A stretch of DNA of 64,000 bases from an uncultured Bacteroidia bacterium (GTDB lineage: Bacteria; Bacteroidota; Bacteroidia; NS11-12g; UBA9320). The DNA is taken from positions 56,398-120,397 of the forward strand of contig CALSTB010000005.1 of assembly GCA_943789165.1 (NCBI GenBank), in the 5' to 3' direction. Below, in pieces: positions 27,878-38,858 of the stretch (positions are counted from its first letter, which is position 1; every line of letters starts with the position of its first letter). The translations under genes and the position numbers were made by a program. The notes beneath the pieces were generated by a model. It did not search any database and had not been told where the DNA came from. It saw nothing but the letters and a program-made list of their open reading frames with translations.

Positions 27878-28726
27878 ATGAAGCTTAACAACGATATATT
27901 AGAAGTAGAAATTGCAACTTTAGGGGCAGAATTGCAAAGCATAAAAAGCGTTACCACCGTTAAAGAATACTTGTGGCAATCAGATCCAGCTGTGTGGGCA
28001 CGACAGGCGCCTTTGTTGTTTCCGGTAGTTGGGCAGTTGAAAAATGACAATTACAAAATAGGAGACGAAAAGTATACGCTTGGCAAACACGGCTTTGCGC
28101 GTGACTCTGAGTTTGAGTTAGTCAAATGGAATCCAACAGAGGCCGTTTTTTCTCTCAAGTCTTCGGCAGACACCTTTAAGTCGTACCCGTTTCATTTTGA
28201 TTTCAGAGTAGGGTACAAGCTTGAGGACAATACAATTGTACAAAGCTTCGAGGTGATGAATACCGACAATCAAAACATACCTGTCAGTTTTGGCGCGCAT
28301 CCAGCCTTTAACGCTGATCCGATAGAAGGTCATTACGTTGAGTTTGAAAAAGCGGAAGACCAAGAATCGGTGATTATTGAAGACGGCATTCGCGTGAATA
28401 AATCCATTCCTGTATTTAACCAGAATAAGATTCAATTAACACAATCCATATTCGACAACGATGCACTCATTTTTAGCAAGTTGAATTCAAAAAGCGTTGT
28501 ATTGAAAAACAACCAACATGAAACCTTGGTAGAAGTTAAATTTGAGGGCTTTCCGTTTCTCGGTATTTGGGCCAAACCAAAAGCCAATTATGTGTGTATT
28601 GAACCATGGTGTGGAATTGCTGATCACCAAGATCACAATTTGAATATATTCGAGAAAGAAGGCATCTTGGTAATTGCTCCGGGAGGAAAGGAAAATCGAA
28701 CGATGAAAATGATTTTTGGCGTCTAG
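27878..28726 (+). CDS. Aldose 1-epimerase family (LacX-like)
   Basis: EYLWQ.DP..W...AP.LFP.VG, HGFARD, GAHPAF and CIEPWCG. Confidence 0.9.
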   Translation: MKLNNDILEVEIATLGAELQSIKSVTTVKEYLWQSDPAVWARQAPLLFPVVGQLKNDNYKIGDEKYTLGKHGFARDSEFELVKWNPTEAVFSLKSSADTFKSYPFHFDFRVGYKLEDNTIVQSFEVMNTDNQNIPVSFGAHPAFNADPIEGHYVEFEKAEDQESVIIEDGIRVNKSIPVFNQNKIQLTQSIFDNDALIFSKLNSKSVVLKNNQHETLVEVKFEGFPFLGIWAKPKANYVCIEPWCGIADHQDHNLNIFEKEGILVIAPGGKENRTMKMIFGV

Positions 28727-29952
28727 CCTACAATCTTTCCAACGCTTTCACCGAAACCAACTCGTCTCGTTTCATCTTGGCAAAAAGCACGCATCGTAAT
28801 GGTGTCGCCATCTAAAATGAACTTACGCGTATCGCCATTTTGCAATGGAATGTCTTTTTTACCACCCCAACTCAACTCCAACATACTGCCGTAGCTGTTT
28901 TCGTCTTTACCGCTGATGGTACCACTCGCCATAACGTCTCCAACATTCACATTACAGCCATTAACGGTGTGATGAGCCAGTTGTTGCGCCATGTTCCAGT
29001 AAATGTATTTGAAATTACTTTTACTGATGGTGGTTGGGCCACTTCCTTCAGGGATCAAATCCACCTCAAGGCTGATGTCAAAGTTTTTATCTCCTTCATA
29101 TTGTAAGTATGGCAATACGGCTGGTTCTTGTTTCACACTCGCACAACGGAAAGGCTCAAGTGCCTCCATTGTTACAATCCATGGTGCCATGGTCGAGGCA
29201 AAGTTTTTGGCTAAGAAAGGCCCGAGTGGCACGTATTCCCACTTCTGAATGTCTCTTGCACTCCAGTCATTGAAGACCGTCATACCAAAAATGTGGTCTT
29301 CTGCCTGACTTACCGGAATAGCTGAGCCCAACTCTGTTTGACGCCCGACGATGAACGCCATTTCCAATTCAAAGTCTACTCGTTTACTTGGACCAAAAAC
29401 TGGTTGCGTTGCATCCGGTGGAATGGTTTGTCCGTTTGGTCGTTTGATATCAGTACCACTTACTACAATAGAGCTTGCTCTTCCGTGGTATCCAACAGGA
29501 ATGTGTCTCCAGTTAGGTAACAAGGCATTGGCTGGGTCTCTAAACATTTTACCTACGTTGGTAGCATGTTCGATACTGCTATAAAAATCGGTATAATCCC
29601 CAATGTGAATAGGTAAAACCATAGTGGCATTCAATCGATCCACTAAAATGGTATCTCGGTGTTTATGTAAATCAGAGTTTGAATCCGACAAAGCAGTTTG
29701 CAAGTATTGTCTTAATGCCGACCAACTCGCTTTACCAGTAGCAATAAAGTCGTTTAAAGTGGTAGCATTAAAAACAGACGCATCTATAGATAAACCATTG
29801 AACAATCCCAATTCACTAGATTTTCTCAAGTCGATCATCCAATCACCAATGGCGACACAAGGTGTTGGTTTTCCGTCGCGTTTAAATACGCCGTACGGTA
29901 GATTATGTATTGAAAAGTCGTGAAAATCAGATACGTTTAACCAGTTTTGCAT
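28723..29952 (-). CDS. fahA: Fumarylacetoacetase
   Basis: FSIHNLPYG, GDYTDFYSSIEHATNVG, PVGYHGRASS, DFELE, NDWSARDIQKWEYVPLGPF. Confidence 0.96.
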   Translation of the reverse strand: MQNWLNVSDFHDFSIHNLPYGVFKRDGKPTPCVAIGDWMIDLRKSSELGLFNGLSIDASVFNATTLNDFIATGKASWSALRQYLQTALSDSNSDLHKHRDTILVDRLNATMVLPIHIGDYTDFYSSIEHATNVGKMFRDPANALLPNWRHIPVGYHGRASSIVVSGTDIKRPNGQTIPPDATQPVFGPSKRVDFELEMAFIVGRQTELGSAIPVSQAEDHIFGMTVFNDWSARDIQKWEYVPLGPFLAKNFASTMAPWIVTMEALEPFRCASVKQEPAVLPYLQYEGDKNFDISLEVDLIPEGSGPTTISKSNFKYIYWNMAQQLAHHTVNGCNVNVGDVMASGTISGKDENSYGSMLELSWGGKKDIPLQNGDTRKFILDGDTITMRAFCQDETRRVGFGESVGKIVG

Positions 29953-30017
29953 GTTGCTTTTTTTGAGGCTTCGAAATTAATCATTATCCATTATCCGAGC
30001 CTATATTCGCCGCTGAA

Positions 30018-31079
30018 ATGTATTCCCTACTTAAGAAATTTCTATTTAAACTCGACGCAGAAAAGGCCCATCACCTGACGACAAGCTTACTTCGGTTTGC
30101 ACGTAAAATGGGTATTTTACGTATCATCCAAAAGCTCATGGTTGGAAAGGTGCACCACCAACCAATACAAGTTGCTGGACTAACTTTTCGCAACAAGCTA
30201 GGACTTGCTGCTGGATTTGATAAAAACGCGGAATACTTGCGTGAAATGGAGATTTTGGGTTTTGGTTCTGTGGAAATTGGCACCGTAACCCCATTGGGTC
30301 AGGAAGGCAATCCAAAGCCAAGGCTGTTTCGATTACCGAACGACACGGCACTTATTAACCGCATGGGTTTTAACAACGAAGGTGTTGAGGCTGCAGCCTT
30401 TTTATTGGAATTATACCGCCGTCAACATCCACGTAGTAAAATGATTATTGGTGGGAACATCGGCAAGAATAAAGTAACACCTAATGAAGAAGCGCACGAA
30501 GACTACCGCAAGTGTTTTGAACGCTTGTATGGATTGGTGGATTATTTTGTCGTGAACGTTAGTTCGCCGAATACCCCGAACCTTAGAGCGTTACAGGACA
30601 AAGATTCGTTGCGAGTGATCTTTCAAACCCTGAGAAATGTTGAGCCAGAGTTGATCAAACACACTGAAAAACAGCGGCCGTTATTTGTCAAGATTTCACC
30701 AGACAATTCATTTGAGCAAATCGACGATATTTTGTCGTTGGTGAAGGAATACAACCTTGCAGGCATTGTTGCTACTAACACCACCATTTCAAGAGATGAT
30801 TTAGCCACTTCTTCTGACCTTGTTTCTAACATCGGAGCGGGTGGTTTAAGCGGCAAACCTGTCCAACAGCGTTCTGATGAGGTAGTTGCCTATATCCACA
30901 GCAAAGATAAGGCTATCGTGATTATTGGGGTAGGAGGTATTCAAACTGGTGAAGATGCATTACAAAAAATCAATGCTGGCGCCGACTTAGTGCAAGTGTA
31001 TTCGTGCTTTATCTATGAAGGTCCGAAAATGATATCACGGATTACTCAGCGCATAGCTGAGGGAATTCTTAATGCTTAA
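30018..31079 (+). CDS. pyrD: Quinone-dependent dihydroorotate dehydrogenase
   Basis: GLAAGFDKN, GNPKPRLFRL, NRMGFNN, NVSSPNTP and GGLSG. Confidence 0.96.
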   Translation: MYSLLKKFLFKLDAEKAHHLTTSLLRFARKMGILRIIQKLMVGKVHHQPIQVAGLTFRNKLGLAAGFDKNAEYLREMEILGFGSVEIGTVTPLGQEGNPKPRLFRLPNDTALINRMGFNNEGVEAAAFLLELYRRQHPRSKMIIGGNIGKNKVTPNEEAHEDYRKCFERLYGLVDYFVVNVSSPNTPNLRALQDKDSLRVIFQTLRNVEPELIKHTEKQRPLFVKISPDNSFEQIDDILSLVKEYNLAGIVATNTTISRDDLATSSDLVSNIGAGGLSGKPVQQRSDEVVAYIHSKDKAIVIIGVGGIQTGEDALQKINAGADLVQVYSCFIYEGPKMISRITQRIAEGILNA

Positions 31080-31134
31080 TTATTAATTTTGAATGTCTGG
31101 AGTGCACATCTGCTCATAGCAAATTCATTGGAAA

Positions 31135-31494
31135 ATGAACATCAAAACACATCAAGTAGCTGATTTAATAATTGCTGAAGTCTCGTCCGATGAATACATC
31201 ATCAACAATACAGATGACGGACTTGATTTCCTCGGTACTTTATACTTTCAGGGTTTTGATAAAGTAACTATTAATGAAACGAATGTGGTGCCGGTATTTT
31301 TTGATCTCAAAAATGGTATGGCCGGTGAGATTCTTCAGAAATTCTCAAACTACAGAGTACAGCTTGTTATAGTGGGTGACTTTTCAAAATACGAAAGTAA
31401 AAGCCTGGCTGATTTCATAAGTGAAAGTAACAAAGGCAGGCAAGTGAATTTTGTCTCGTCAATCACGGAAGCGATTGGTAGATTGTCTGCTTAA
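31135..31494 (+). CDS. DUF4180 domain-containing protein
   Basis: FFDLKNGMAGEILQKFSNY, IVGDFSKY.SKSL.DFI.ESNKG. Confidence 0.85.
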   Translation: MNIKTHQVADLIIAEVSSDEYIINNTDDGLDFLGTLYFQGFDKVTINETNVVPVFFDLKNGMAGEILQKFSNYRVQLVIVGDFSKYESKSLADFISESNKGRQVNFVSSITEAIGRLSA

Positions 31495-31587
31495 TACACT
31501 AAACTTTTAGATGTAGGAAACAGGAGTAAATTTGACGAGCCAGTGTTATAAGCTTCAATTTTCCTAACTTTGAGAAGCATAGAGACC

Positions 31588-32004
31588 ATGAAACTAAAGT
31601 TGCAATTATTCTTATTAGGATGGTTATTTCTTGGATGCCGTGATTCTGGGGAGTTTCCAAGTGCTGCCGGACCATATGTCTATTACTACATAAATAATCA
31701 AACAAGTCGAGATTTGTTTACAAGTGGGTCGTTCAACTCTGGCAACGATTTCGATACCGTAGTGCTGCCTTATGGTATGACGACAAATTTTATTTTTACC
31801 CAAGCTTACTATCCGGAATTTGGCAAACCATCTGCGAGCTTAAATCTGATAAACCTGATGGACCAAGATTCAATTAACTACAAAGTGGTTTATAGTCAAG
31901 AGCCATTAATCGATTCATTGTGGGAAACGCATGATTATGATTCAATTCCCAATTTTTCAGAAGAGCACTGGACACTAACCGTAGTTGACTCGATGCTCCA
32001 ATAG
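31588..32004 (+). CDS. Hypothetical lipoprotein
   Basis: MKLKLQLFLLGWLFLGC signal with lipobox. No family recognised. Confidence 0.6.
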   Translation: MKLKLQLFLLGWLFLGCRDSGEFPSAAGPYVYYYINNQTSRDLFTSGSFNSGNDFDTVVLPYGMTTNFIFTQAYYPEFGKPSASLNLINLMDQDSINYKVVYSQEPLIDSLWETHDYDSIPNFSEEHWTLTVVDSMLQ

Positions 32005-32025
32005 CGTCGATCCAAACCAGTAATC

Positions 32026-32060
32026 AAGAATTAAACATTAAGAATTAAAAATTAAGAATT
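32026..32060. repeat. Five tandem heptamers
   Basis: AAGAATT AAACATT AAGAATT AAAAATT AAGAATT. Confidence 0.8.
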
Positions 32061-33048
32061 ATTTGCCGTCCGGCAACGTAATGCCTTCCTCAACTTCCTT
32101 TTGCTCGTCGCCTTTTTTGCGTTGTTTTTCGGTGATACCGGTATATCGACGTGGGTATTTGATGATGTCATTGACCAATGAATCTAGGTCGTGGGTCGCT
32201 TTGTTAAGATTGTTCCATAAAGCATCGTCCGTGGCAAGTTTGCCTAGTGAGCCTTCCCCAGCCTGAATCGAACTTAAGGTCTTTTTGATTTCAGATATTG
32301 CGGCAGTCATCTCTGTCGAAAGTCCCTTTAAATCCATTGCAGCCAATTCTTGTGTGGTTTCATCCAAACTTGCGACAATCTCATTAATCTTTGGTGTGCT
32401 GGTTTTTAAGTCTTTGGTCATGCTTTCAATGTTTGAAAGAATCGCATCCACTTGAGCATCTTTTCCATCCAACAAAGCGTTCATCTTTACAGCAGTGGTT
32501 TTAAACGATGCCAAGGCCTCACTTAAATCTTGTAATGTCGAGTTTAAACTAACGTCTGAAATGGCAGCGTCAACGTTGCCTAGTACTTTATTTATACTTT
32601 CGGATAAAGGTGACAAAACACTGGTTAAGGCTTGCGCCATTCCAGCATCTTTTTTAGAAATCAACGTGTCACCAGTTACCGCCAAGGTTGGCAGGGCTAT
32701 ACTATCATGAGGAATAATGATTTCAATTGCCTTACTACCAAGTAAGTCGTTGTTCGTAATTTTTAAAGTAGAATTTTTCGGGATTTCCAATTCTTTAGGA
32801 ACCTGAACACTAACGATTACTTGTCGAGATTTATAATCCATTTCTACGGAAGTGACGGTCCCAACCGATACGCCATGAAAAACGACAGGGTTGGAGCGAA
32901 ACAGTCCATCAACTTTATCATAAACGGCGTAATAGGTATTGTTTTTTGAAAACAAGGTTTCGCCCTTTAAAAAATTGAATCCGAGTATCAGAACAGTGAT
33001 CGCAAAAGCAGCAATTAATCCGACTTTGGTTTCGTTGGAAACTTTCAT
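32059..33048 (-). CDS. MlaD/MCE family protein
   Basis: MKVSNETKVG TM segment, MCE domain (VDGL..SNPV..HGVSVG.V), helical region with GEGSLGKL..D. Confidence 0.9.
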   Translation of the reverse strand: MKVSNETKVGLIAAFAITVLILGFNFLKGETLFSKNNTYYAVYDKVDGLFRSNPVVFHGVSVGTVTSVEMDYKSRQVIVSVQVPKELEIPKNSTLKITNNDLLGSKAIEIIIPHDSIALPTLAVTGDTLISKKDAGMAQALTSVLSPLSESINKVLGNVDAAISDVSLNSTLQDLSEALASFKTTAVKMNALLDGKDAQVDAILSNIESMTKDLKTSTPKINEIVASLDETTQELAAMDLKGLSTEMTAAISEIKKTLSSIQAGEGSLGKLATDDALWNNLNKATHDLDSLVNDIIKYPRRYTGITEKQRKKGDEQKEVEEGITLPDGK

Positions 33049-33135
33049 TTAATTCTTTCTATCAACTTAAAGCCCAAAGATAGGGAATCAACAGATTCAG
33101 GCTACTCTTTGACGATAATTCACATGAAATGTGGG

Positions 33136-33927
33136 TTACTTTTCGAGCTTCGACTTATATTCTACAACGGACTCAAAGATTGAATGGGCAATTTTATTTT
33201 GACCTGCGTCAGAAACCAAATATTGCTTTTCATCCGGATTGGTTAAAAATCCCGATTCAACAAGGATGCTTGGCATAGCTGTTTTCCATAACACTACAAA
33301 TCCAGCCTCCTTTACACCAAGGTTTTTGCGGATATGCTTTTTCTCAACCGTTTTCTGGAAAGTTGAGGCAAGTGTCAAACTTTGTGTTCTATAAGCGTTT
33401 TGGTATAAGCTCAATATAATGTGACCTTCATCCGAATCAGGATCAAAGCCGCCATATTCCGCGTTCTCCTTGTAATCTTCTTCTAAGATTATGGAGTTGT
33501 TCTCTCGTTTACTGACTTCTAGGTTCCCCTGACTCTTACTCAATCCCATAACATACGTTTCAGTTCCATGAAACGTGGATTGTGCATGTGCATTACAATG
33601 CACAGAGATAAATAAGTCGGCGTTATTCTGATTGGCAATTGCTGCCCGTTGCCATAATGGAACAAATTTGTCTGTACTCCTGGTATAGATCACCTTAATG
33701 TTTGGAAGACTGTCGGTAATTTTAGCTCCAAGCTTTTTGGCAATTTTTAAGCAGATGTCTTTTTCATATACATCTTTACCATAAGAAATACATCCAGGAT
33801 CATGTCCACCATGTCCTGCGTCGATAACAATCGTATTTAACGATAATTTTTGAAGGTTTAGCGGATGTGAAGTTGCCACGACCATAAAAACCATCAGAGA
33901 AGCCGATAATGCAATGCGTTTAAGCAT
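33136..33927 (-). CDS. N-acetylmuramoyl-L-alanine amidase (Amidase_3)
   Basis: IDAGHGGHDPG, EKDI.L, FISVHCNA and MPSILVESGFLTN. Confidence 0.93.
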   Translation of the reverse strand: MLKRIALSASLMVFMVVATSHPLNLQKLSLNTIVIDAGHGGHDPGCISYGKDVYEKDICLKIAKKLGAKITDSLPNIKVIYTRSTDKFVPLWQRAAIANQNNADLFISVHCNAHAQSTFHGTETYVMGLSKSQGNLEVSKRENNSIILEEDYKENAEYGGFDPDSDEGHIILSLYQNAYRTQSLTLASTFQKTVEKKHIRKNLGVKEAGFVVLWKTAMPSILVESGFLTNPDEKQYLVSDAGQNKIAHSIFESVVEYKSKLEK

Positions 33928-34013
33928 AATGTAATTTATTAGCTGCGTTCAAAGTTATTAACTCTTTATCCACAAAATTTATTGTGTGGTATCAAGTATG
34001 GATTTAGTTAGTT

Positions 34014-36608
34014 TTGAACCCAACATTGAACATGATCAAATTTAAAGGTAGATATATGATTTTCAGGCGGATAGCTTCCAGAGTTATCCCTGTGATTTGT
34101 TGCCTTGTATTGTTTACTGCACAATGCCAATCTCAAGTTTTAGATTCAACACAAGTAGTTGATTCGATTTCTACCTCATTAAAACCAGGAAAAGACGGCG
34201 TAAAATCACCGGTCATGGTCGATGCTGTTGATTCCATCATTACGTCTATCAAAGACAAAAAGATGTACATGTACAAAAAGGCCGTTGTGACCTATGAGGA
34301 CATGAAACTGGAAGCCGATTTTATTGAAGTTGATTTTAATACAAATGAAATTCACGCAAAAGGTTTACCCGATTCGACTGGTGAAATAGTTGGGAAGCCC
34401 ATTTTTACAACAGACGGCAAGCCGTTTAACGCTGATGAAATGTGGTACAATTTCAAAACCAAAAAAGGGATTTCAACTGGAGTTGTGACCACGCAAGAAG
34501 GTGGATTAATACGTGGAGGGAAGATTTTGAAAGACTCCAACGACAATATGTTCATCAAAAATGCGACGTACACCACGTGTAATGCCGAGCACCCGCACTT
34601 TTGGATAGCAGCCAATAAGTTTAAAGTCATCCCAGAAAAGCAAGTGATTAGCGGTCCAGCCAATCTGGTTATCTCTGGAATCAATACACCTATTGTTTTA
34701 CCATTTGGCTTCTTTCCGATCCAAAAGAAAAGATCCAAAGGTTTGGTAGTGGGTAGTTTCGACCAGCAAGATCGATGGGGGTATGGCTTACGTGATTTTG
34801 GTTTTTATACGCCGGTAAATGACAAGCTTGATTTACTCATTTCAGCAGATATTTACCTTAGAGGTAGCTTTGGTTTCTCGGCAAAATCCAATTATAAAAA
34901 ACTGTACCGGTACAATGGCTACGCTTTAATCAAGTACAACAAGTTTATTGAAGGTGAGAAAGAAACTTCCGATTATGAAGAAGTAAACAACTACCGAATC
35001 GAGTGGATTTACCGACAAGATGCGCGTGCAAAACCTGGAAGAACTTTCTCATCGGACGTTAGATATATCACCCGTAATCAACAAAAATATGCGTCAACCG
35101 ACGTAAACGAGATTGTTGCCACAACAGCAAACTCCAGTGTGGCTTACAGTAAAAGTTTTGCTAACCGAATGGTGTTTCTTACCACCAACGGTAGGATAAC
35201 ACAAAACTTGAGTACGGGCGATTTAGACATAGAGTTACCCGAAATGAATGTAAACGTGCAACGTATGCAGCCGTTTAAAAATATGTCTGGACCAAAAGAC
35301 AAATACAAAGTCTTACGGAACTTTGGTTTCAATTATACGACGGCTTTCAGAAACAACGTCAGTGTGAATCAAGATTCCATTTTTAACAAAGCAGGCAAGC
35401 GAACTTTGGAGTTAAATCCTAGTTTTTTAGAAAGTGTTCGAAACGGTGTAAGACATTCTGCCAACTTCAATACGAGTTTTAACGTGTTAAAATATTTCAA
35501 TGTGTCTCCAAATGCATCATTCACTGATTTTTGGTATTTCAAAACAACTGAGAAACTATGGGAGAACGACACCCTACTCGAGGAAGACGTTAAAGGATTC
35601 TCAAGAGCTGCGGCCTATTCAGCAGGTTTTCAGGTGAACACTGTAATATATGGTACCAAGTCTTTTAAAGGACGGGTGCAGGCTGTGAGACACATCATAC
35701 GTCCAACGGTAGGCATGAGTTGGTCACCAGATTACCAGAAATCGTCGAACAGCGGATTCCGATTTGTGCAAACAGATACCAGTGGTACGATTTCTCCATA
35801 CTCAATTTATGAAAACGGCATTTACAGCGGACCGTCAGGAACTGGAAATGGGTCGATTGATTTTTCGGTAAACAACAACTTAGAAATGAAGTTGTTAACG
35901 CCAAACGATACCAGTAATGGGGGCGTAAAAAAGGTAAAAATCATCGAAAGTTTTAACTTTAGTAGTCGATACAACATGTTTGCGGATTCACTAAAATTGA
36001 GACCAATCAACATCACAGCTTTTACCACCTTGTTTAACAAACTAAGAGTTAATTTTTCAACCCGTGTAGATCCATATCAATACGCCTTTGATTCTTCATC
36101 CAATCGCTATACCTCTATAGATAAGTTCACAATAGCTGAAGGGAAACTAGGTGAGCTACGGTCGGGTTCCATACAATTGTCAACCAGTTTAAATCCTGAT
36201 GCGCTGAAAAGACGTTCGAATAACGATGAAGGTGAGTTTGTTTCAGGAATGGACTACTTTATGGATTTTAGTATCCCATGGGATTTGAGTCTTAACTTTA
36301 GTAGCCAGTTTAATCGAAGTGTTGGTGAAACAGAACGCACAAGTGACCAAACGTTAATGTTCAGCGGTAACGTAAAACTTACAGAGTATTGGAAGATTGG
36401 TTTTAGATCTGGTTATAGTTTTACCACTGGTCAACCTGGAATTACGAGTATCGACTTTGCAAGAGACTTGCATTGTTGGGTGTTTAATTTTCATTGGATT
36501 CCTGTAGGAACCTATCGGCAATTCAACTTTGAGTTAAAAGTGAAAGCAGCCATGTTGAAAGACTTGAAAATTAAGAGAAGAGATACCTGGCAGAATCCAA
36601 ACTTTTAG
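34014..36608 (+). CDS. lptD: Putative LPS assembly protein LptD (start may be 34032 or 34056)
   Basis: OstA-like N domain (YNFKTKKG, YTTC...PHF) and barrel ending RDLHCW.F.F.WIP.G. Divergent from the amidase as in other Bacteroidota. Confidence 0.85.
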   Translation: MNPTLNMIKFKGRYMIFRRIASRVIPVICCLVLFTAQCQSQVLDSTQVVDSISTSLKPGKDGVKSPVMVDAVDSIITSIKDKKMYMYKKAVVTYEDMKLEADFIEVDFNTNEIHAKGLPDSTGEIVGKPIFTTDGKPFNADEMWYNFKTKKGISTGVVTTQEGGLIRGGKILKDSNDNMFIKNATYTTCNAEHPHFWIAANKFKVIPEKQVISGPANLVISGINTPIVLPFGFFPIQKKRSKGLVVGSFDQQDRWGYGLRDFGFYTPVNDKLDLLISADIYLRGSFGFSAKSNYKKLYRYNGYALIKYNKFIEGEKETSDYEEVNNYRIEWIYRQDARAKPGRTFSSDVRYITRNQQKYASTDVNEIVATTANSSVAYSKSFANRMVFLTTNGRITQNLSTGDLDIELPEMNVNVQRMQPFKNMSGPKDKYKVLRNFGFNYTTAFRNNVSVNQDSIFNKAGKRTLELNPSFLESVRNGVRHSANFNTSFNVLKYFNVSPNASFTDFWYFKTTEKLWENDTLLEEDVKGFSRAAAYSAGFQVNTVIYGTKSFKGRVQAVRHIIRPTVGMSWSPDYQKSSNSGFRFVQTDTSGTISPYSIYENGIYSGPSGTGNGSIDFSVNNNLEMKLLTPNDTSNGGVKKVKIIESFNFSSRYNMFADSLKLRPINITAFTTLFNKLRVNFSTRVDPYQYAFDSSSNRYTSIDKFTIAEGKLGELRSGSIQLSTSLNPDALKRRSNNDEGEFVSGMDYFMDFSIPWDLSLNFSSQFNRSVGETERTSDQTLMFSGNVKLTEYWKIGFRSGYSFTTGQPGITSIDFARDLHCWVFNFHWIPVGTYRQFNFELKVKAAMLKDLKIKRRDTWQNPNF

Positions 36609-38857
36609 CGCTGGAAAGGATCTATCTCACTACCCACTGATGTATTGTCCGTAGGTTGTTTGTACTTGTCACAATCCAATTCAATCGTAAATTCAATTTC
36701 AGGTTTGTTGAAATCGTTTTTGTTGATGCTAATTTTTGAATCCTTTTTAATGGATTGCATAAACAAACCAAAAATAGGCAAAGCCATGTTCGCACCTTGA
36801 CCTAATGATGTTGAACGGAAATGCACTTGTCGGTCTTCTGCACCAACCCAACATCCTCCTACTAAGTCAGGTGAAATGCCCATAAACCAACCATCAGAGT
36901 TGTTTTGCGTCGTTCCTGTCTTACCGCCTACTGGGAAGCCAATACCATATCGCGTACGTAATCTAGTAGCTGTACCGCCTTCTGGTATTTTTTGAAGCAT
37001 TTTACACATCACATAAGCAGTTTGAATGTTCATCGCTTCTTCTGTTTTGGGTATAAACTCAGCCAAAACGTTGCCATGTTTGTCTTCAATACGCGTGATA
37101 AAAATAGGTTCAGTCCAAACGCCATTATTGGCAAAAGCACTGTACGCCCCAACCATTTCATAAACGGAGATGTCCATCGTTCCTAAACAAATAGAAGGGT
37201 AAGGCATAAACTTCTTTGTGTCGATGCCGAGTTTGTCGCTAAAGTCTTTCACCTTAAGCGGTGAATTTGGCTCCATACGCTTCATCACACGCGCAGTCAT
37301 GGTGTTATGCGAATGTTTCAATCCTTCATAAATCGGCAAAGGATCCGCCTTTGGTTTGCTGGAGTTTTGTGGTGTCCACGTACTTCCGTCTTCCGACTCA
37401 AACGTCACTGGACCACTCGAAATCAGCTCACAAGGTTGAATGATTTGATCTTCAATCGCTCTTGCATAGACGATTGGTTTGAAAGTCGAACCAACTTGTC
37501 GGGTCGACCATTTGTTGACATGGTCATACTGGAAATGAGCAAAGTCAATACCACCAACCCACGCTTTGATATACCCATTTTTTGGGTCCATCGCCATAAA
37601 GCCAGTGTGTAGTATCTGTTTGTAATATTTTAAAGAGTCGATGGGCGACATCGTAGTGTCGATTGTTCCCTTGCATGAAAAAATCCGCATAGGAACGGCC
37701 GTTTTCATTTTAATATCAATTTCGGCATCGGAAAGACCTTCTTTTTTGGCCAACTTATATTGTTGTGTGTTTTTTAAATGCTTGGGAATATAGTTTTTGT
37801 CCTCATTCCAAGCATTCTCCTCATCGCGCCACGGCATAGTCTTGGTGCGCTTTATCTCGCCATAAAGTTGTTCTTGCAAACTCGACATGTGCTTCTCGAC
37901 AGCGTCTTCCGCATATTGCTGCATTCGACTATCAATAGTGGTATAGACTTTTAATCCATCCGAGTAAATGTTGAACCCGTTTTTCTTACACCATCTTTTC
38001 ATAAACTGATGTACTTGCTCACGGAGATATGTAGCCATGCCTCGGTTGTGAGATGAGAAATTGTAGTCCAATACGAGTTCCAAGCTTTTAATGCTATCAC
38101 ACTGAATTTCAGCTAGGTAGTCGTATTTTTCCATCTGGTTTAACACGACGTTACGCACGTGTTTTGCGTTGTTTGGATTCCGGTATGGGTCGTATTTAGA
38201 AGGCGCTCGTAGCATGCCCACCAATACCGCAGCTTCTTCGATATTTAAGGAAGCTACTGGCTTGTTAAAAAACGTTTTGGCAGCTGATTTAATCCCGGAA
38301 CTATTCCCCCAACGCACCGTATTGAAATATAAGGTGATGATTTCATGTTTGGTGTATTCCCGTTCAAGTTTAACGGCGATAATCCATTCCTTAAACTTCA
38401 TCAGTACACGTTGTATTTTGTTTTTTGACTCTAAGTCGTGGAACAGATTTTTCGCCAATTGTTGACTAATCGTACTTCCTCCTCCGTCGCGACCAAGTTT
38501 CGATACTGCACGTATAAGTGCCTTGATGTCAATACCACTGTGTTTGTAAAATCTAGCATCTTCAGTAGCTACAAGTGCGTTTACCATGTACTCTGGTAAA
38601 TCGTTGTATTCTATGTTCGTTCTATTTTCTAAACGGTATAATTTGCCGAGTAACTCGTTGTCGTCAGAGTATATTTCGGTAGCCAATGTTGTGTTTGGAT
38701 TGGCAACTTCATTTACGTCAGGCATATAACCCCACCAGCCCCAACTCACGGTAAACATGAAAAGGATGAATGCGCCTAAGCCAATGAAATAGTATTTCCA
38801 CAACAGGCGAGGAATGTTTCGCTTCCCTGTTTTTTTGGATGTCTTTTTGCCGAACAT
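36605..38857 (-). CDS. Penicillin-binding protein 1A (transglycosylase/transpeptidase)
   Basis: ATEDARFY.H.G, GGSTISQQLAKNL, SxxK (STFK), SxN (SHN) and KTGT. Confidence 0.93.
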   Translation of the reverse strand: MFGKKTSKKTGKRNIPRLLWKYYFIGLGAFILFMFTVSWGWWGYMPDVNEVANPNTTLATEIYSDDNELLGKLYRLENRTNIEYNDLPEYMVNALVATEDARFYKHSGIDIKALIRAVSKLGRDGGGSTISQQLAKNLFHDLESKNKIQRVLMKFKEWIIAVKLEREYTKHEIITLYFNTVRWGNSSGIKSAAKTFFNKPVASLNIEEAAVLVGMLRAPSKYDPYRNPNNAKHVRNVVLNQMEKYDYLAEIQCDSIKSLELVLDYNFSSHNRGMATYLREQVHQFMKRWCKKNGFNIYSDGLKVYTTIDSRMQQYAEDAVEKHMSSLQEQLYGEIKRTKTMPWRDEENAWNEDKNYIPKHLKNTQQYKLAKKEGLSDAEIDIKMKTAVPMRIFSCKGTIDTTMSPIDSLKYYKQILHTGFMAMDPKNGYIKAWVGGIDFAHFQYDHVNKWSTRQVGSTFKPIVYARAIEDQIIQPCELISSGPVTFESEDGSTWTPQNSSKPKADPLPIYEGLKHSHNTMTARVMKRMEPNSPLKVKDFSDKLGIDTKKFMPYPSICLGTMDISVYEMVGAYSAFANNGVWTEPIFITRIEDKHGNVLAEFIPKTEEAMNIQTAYVMCKMLQKIPEGGTATRLRTRYGIGFPVGGKTGTTQNNSDGWFMGISPDLVGGCWVGAEDRQVHFRSTSLGQGANMALPIFGLFMQSIKKDSKISINKNDFNKPEIEFTIELDCDKYKQPTDNTSVGSEIDPFQR

Positions 38858-38858
38858 G

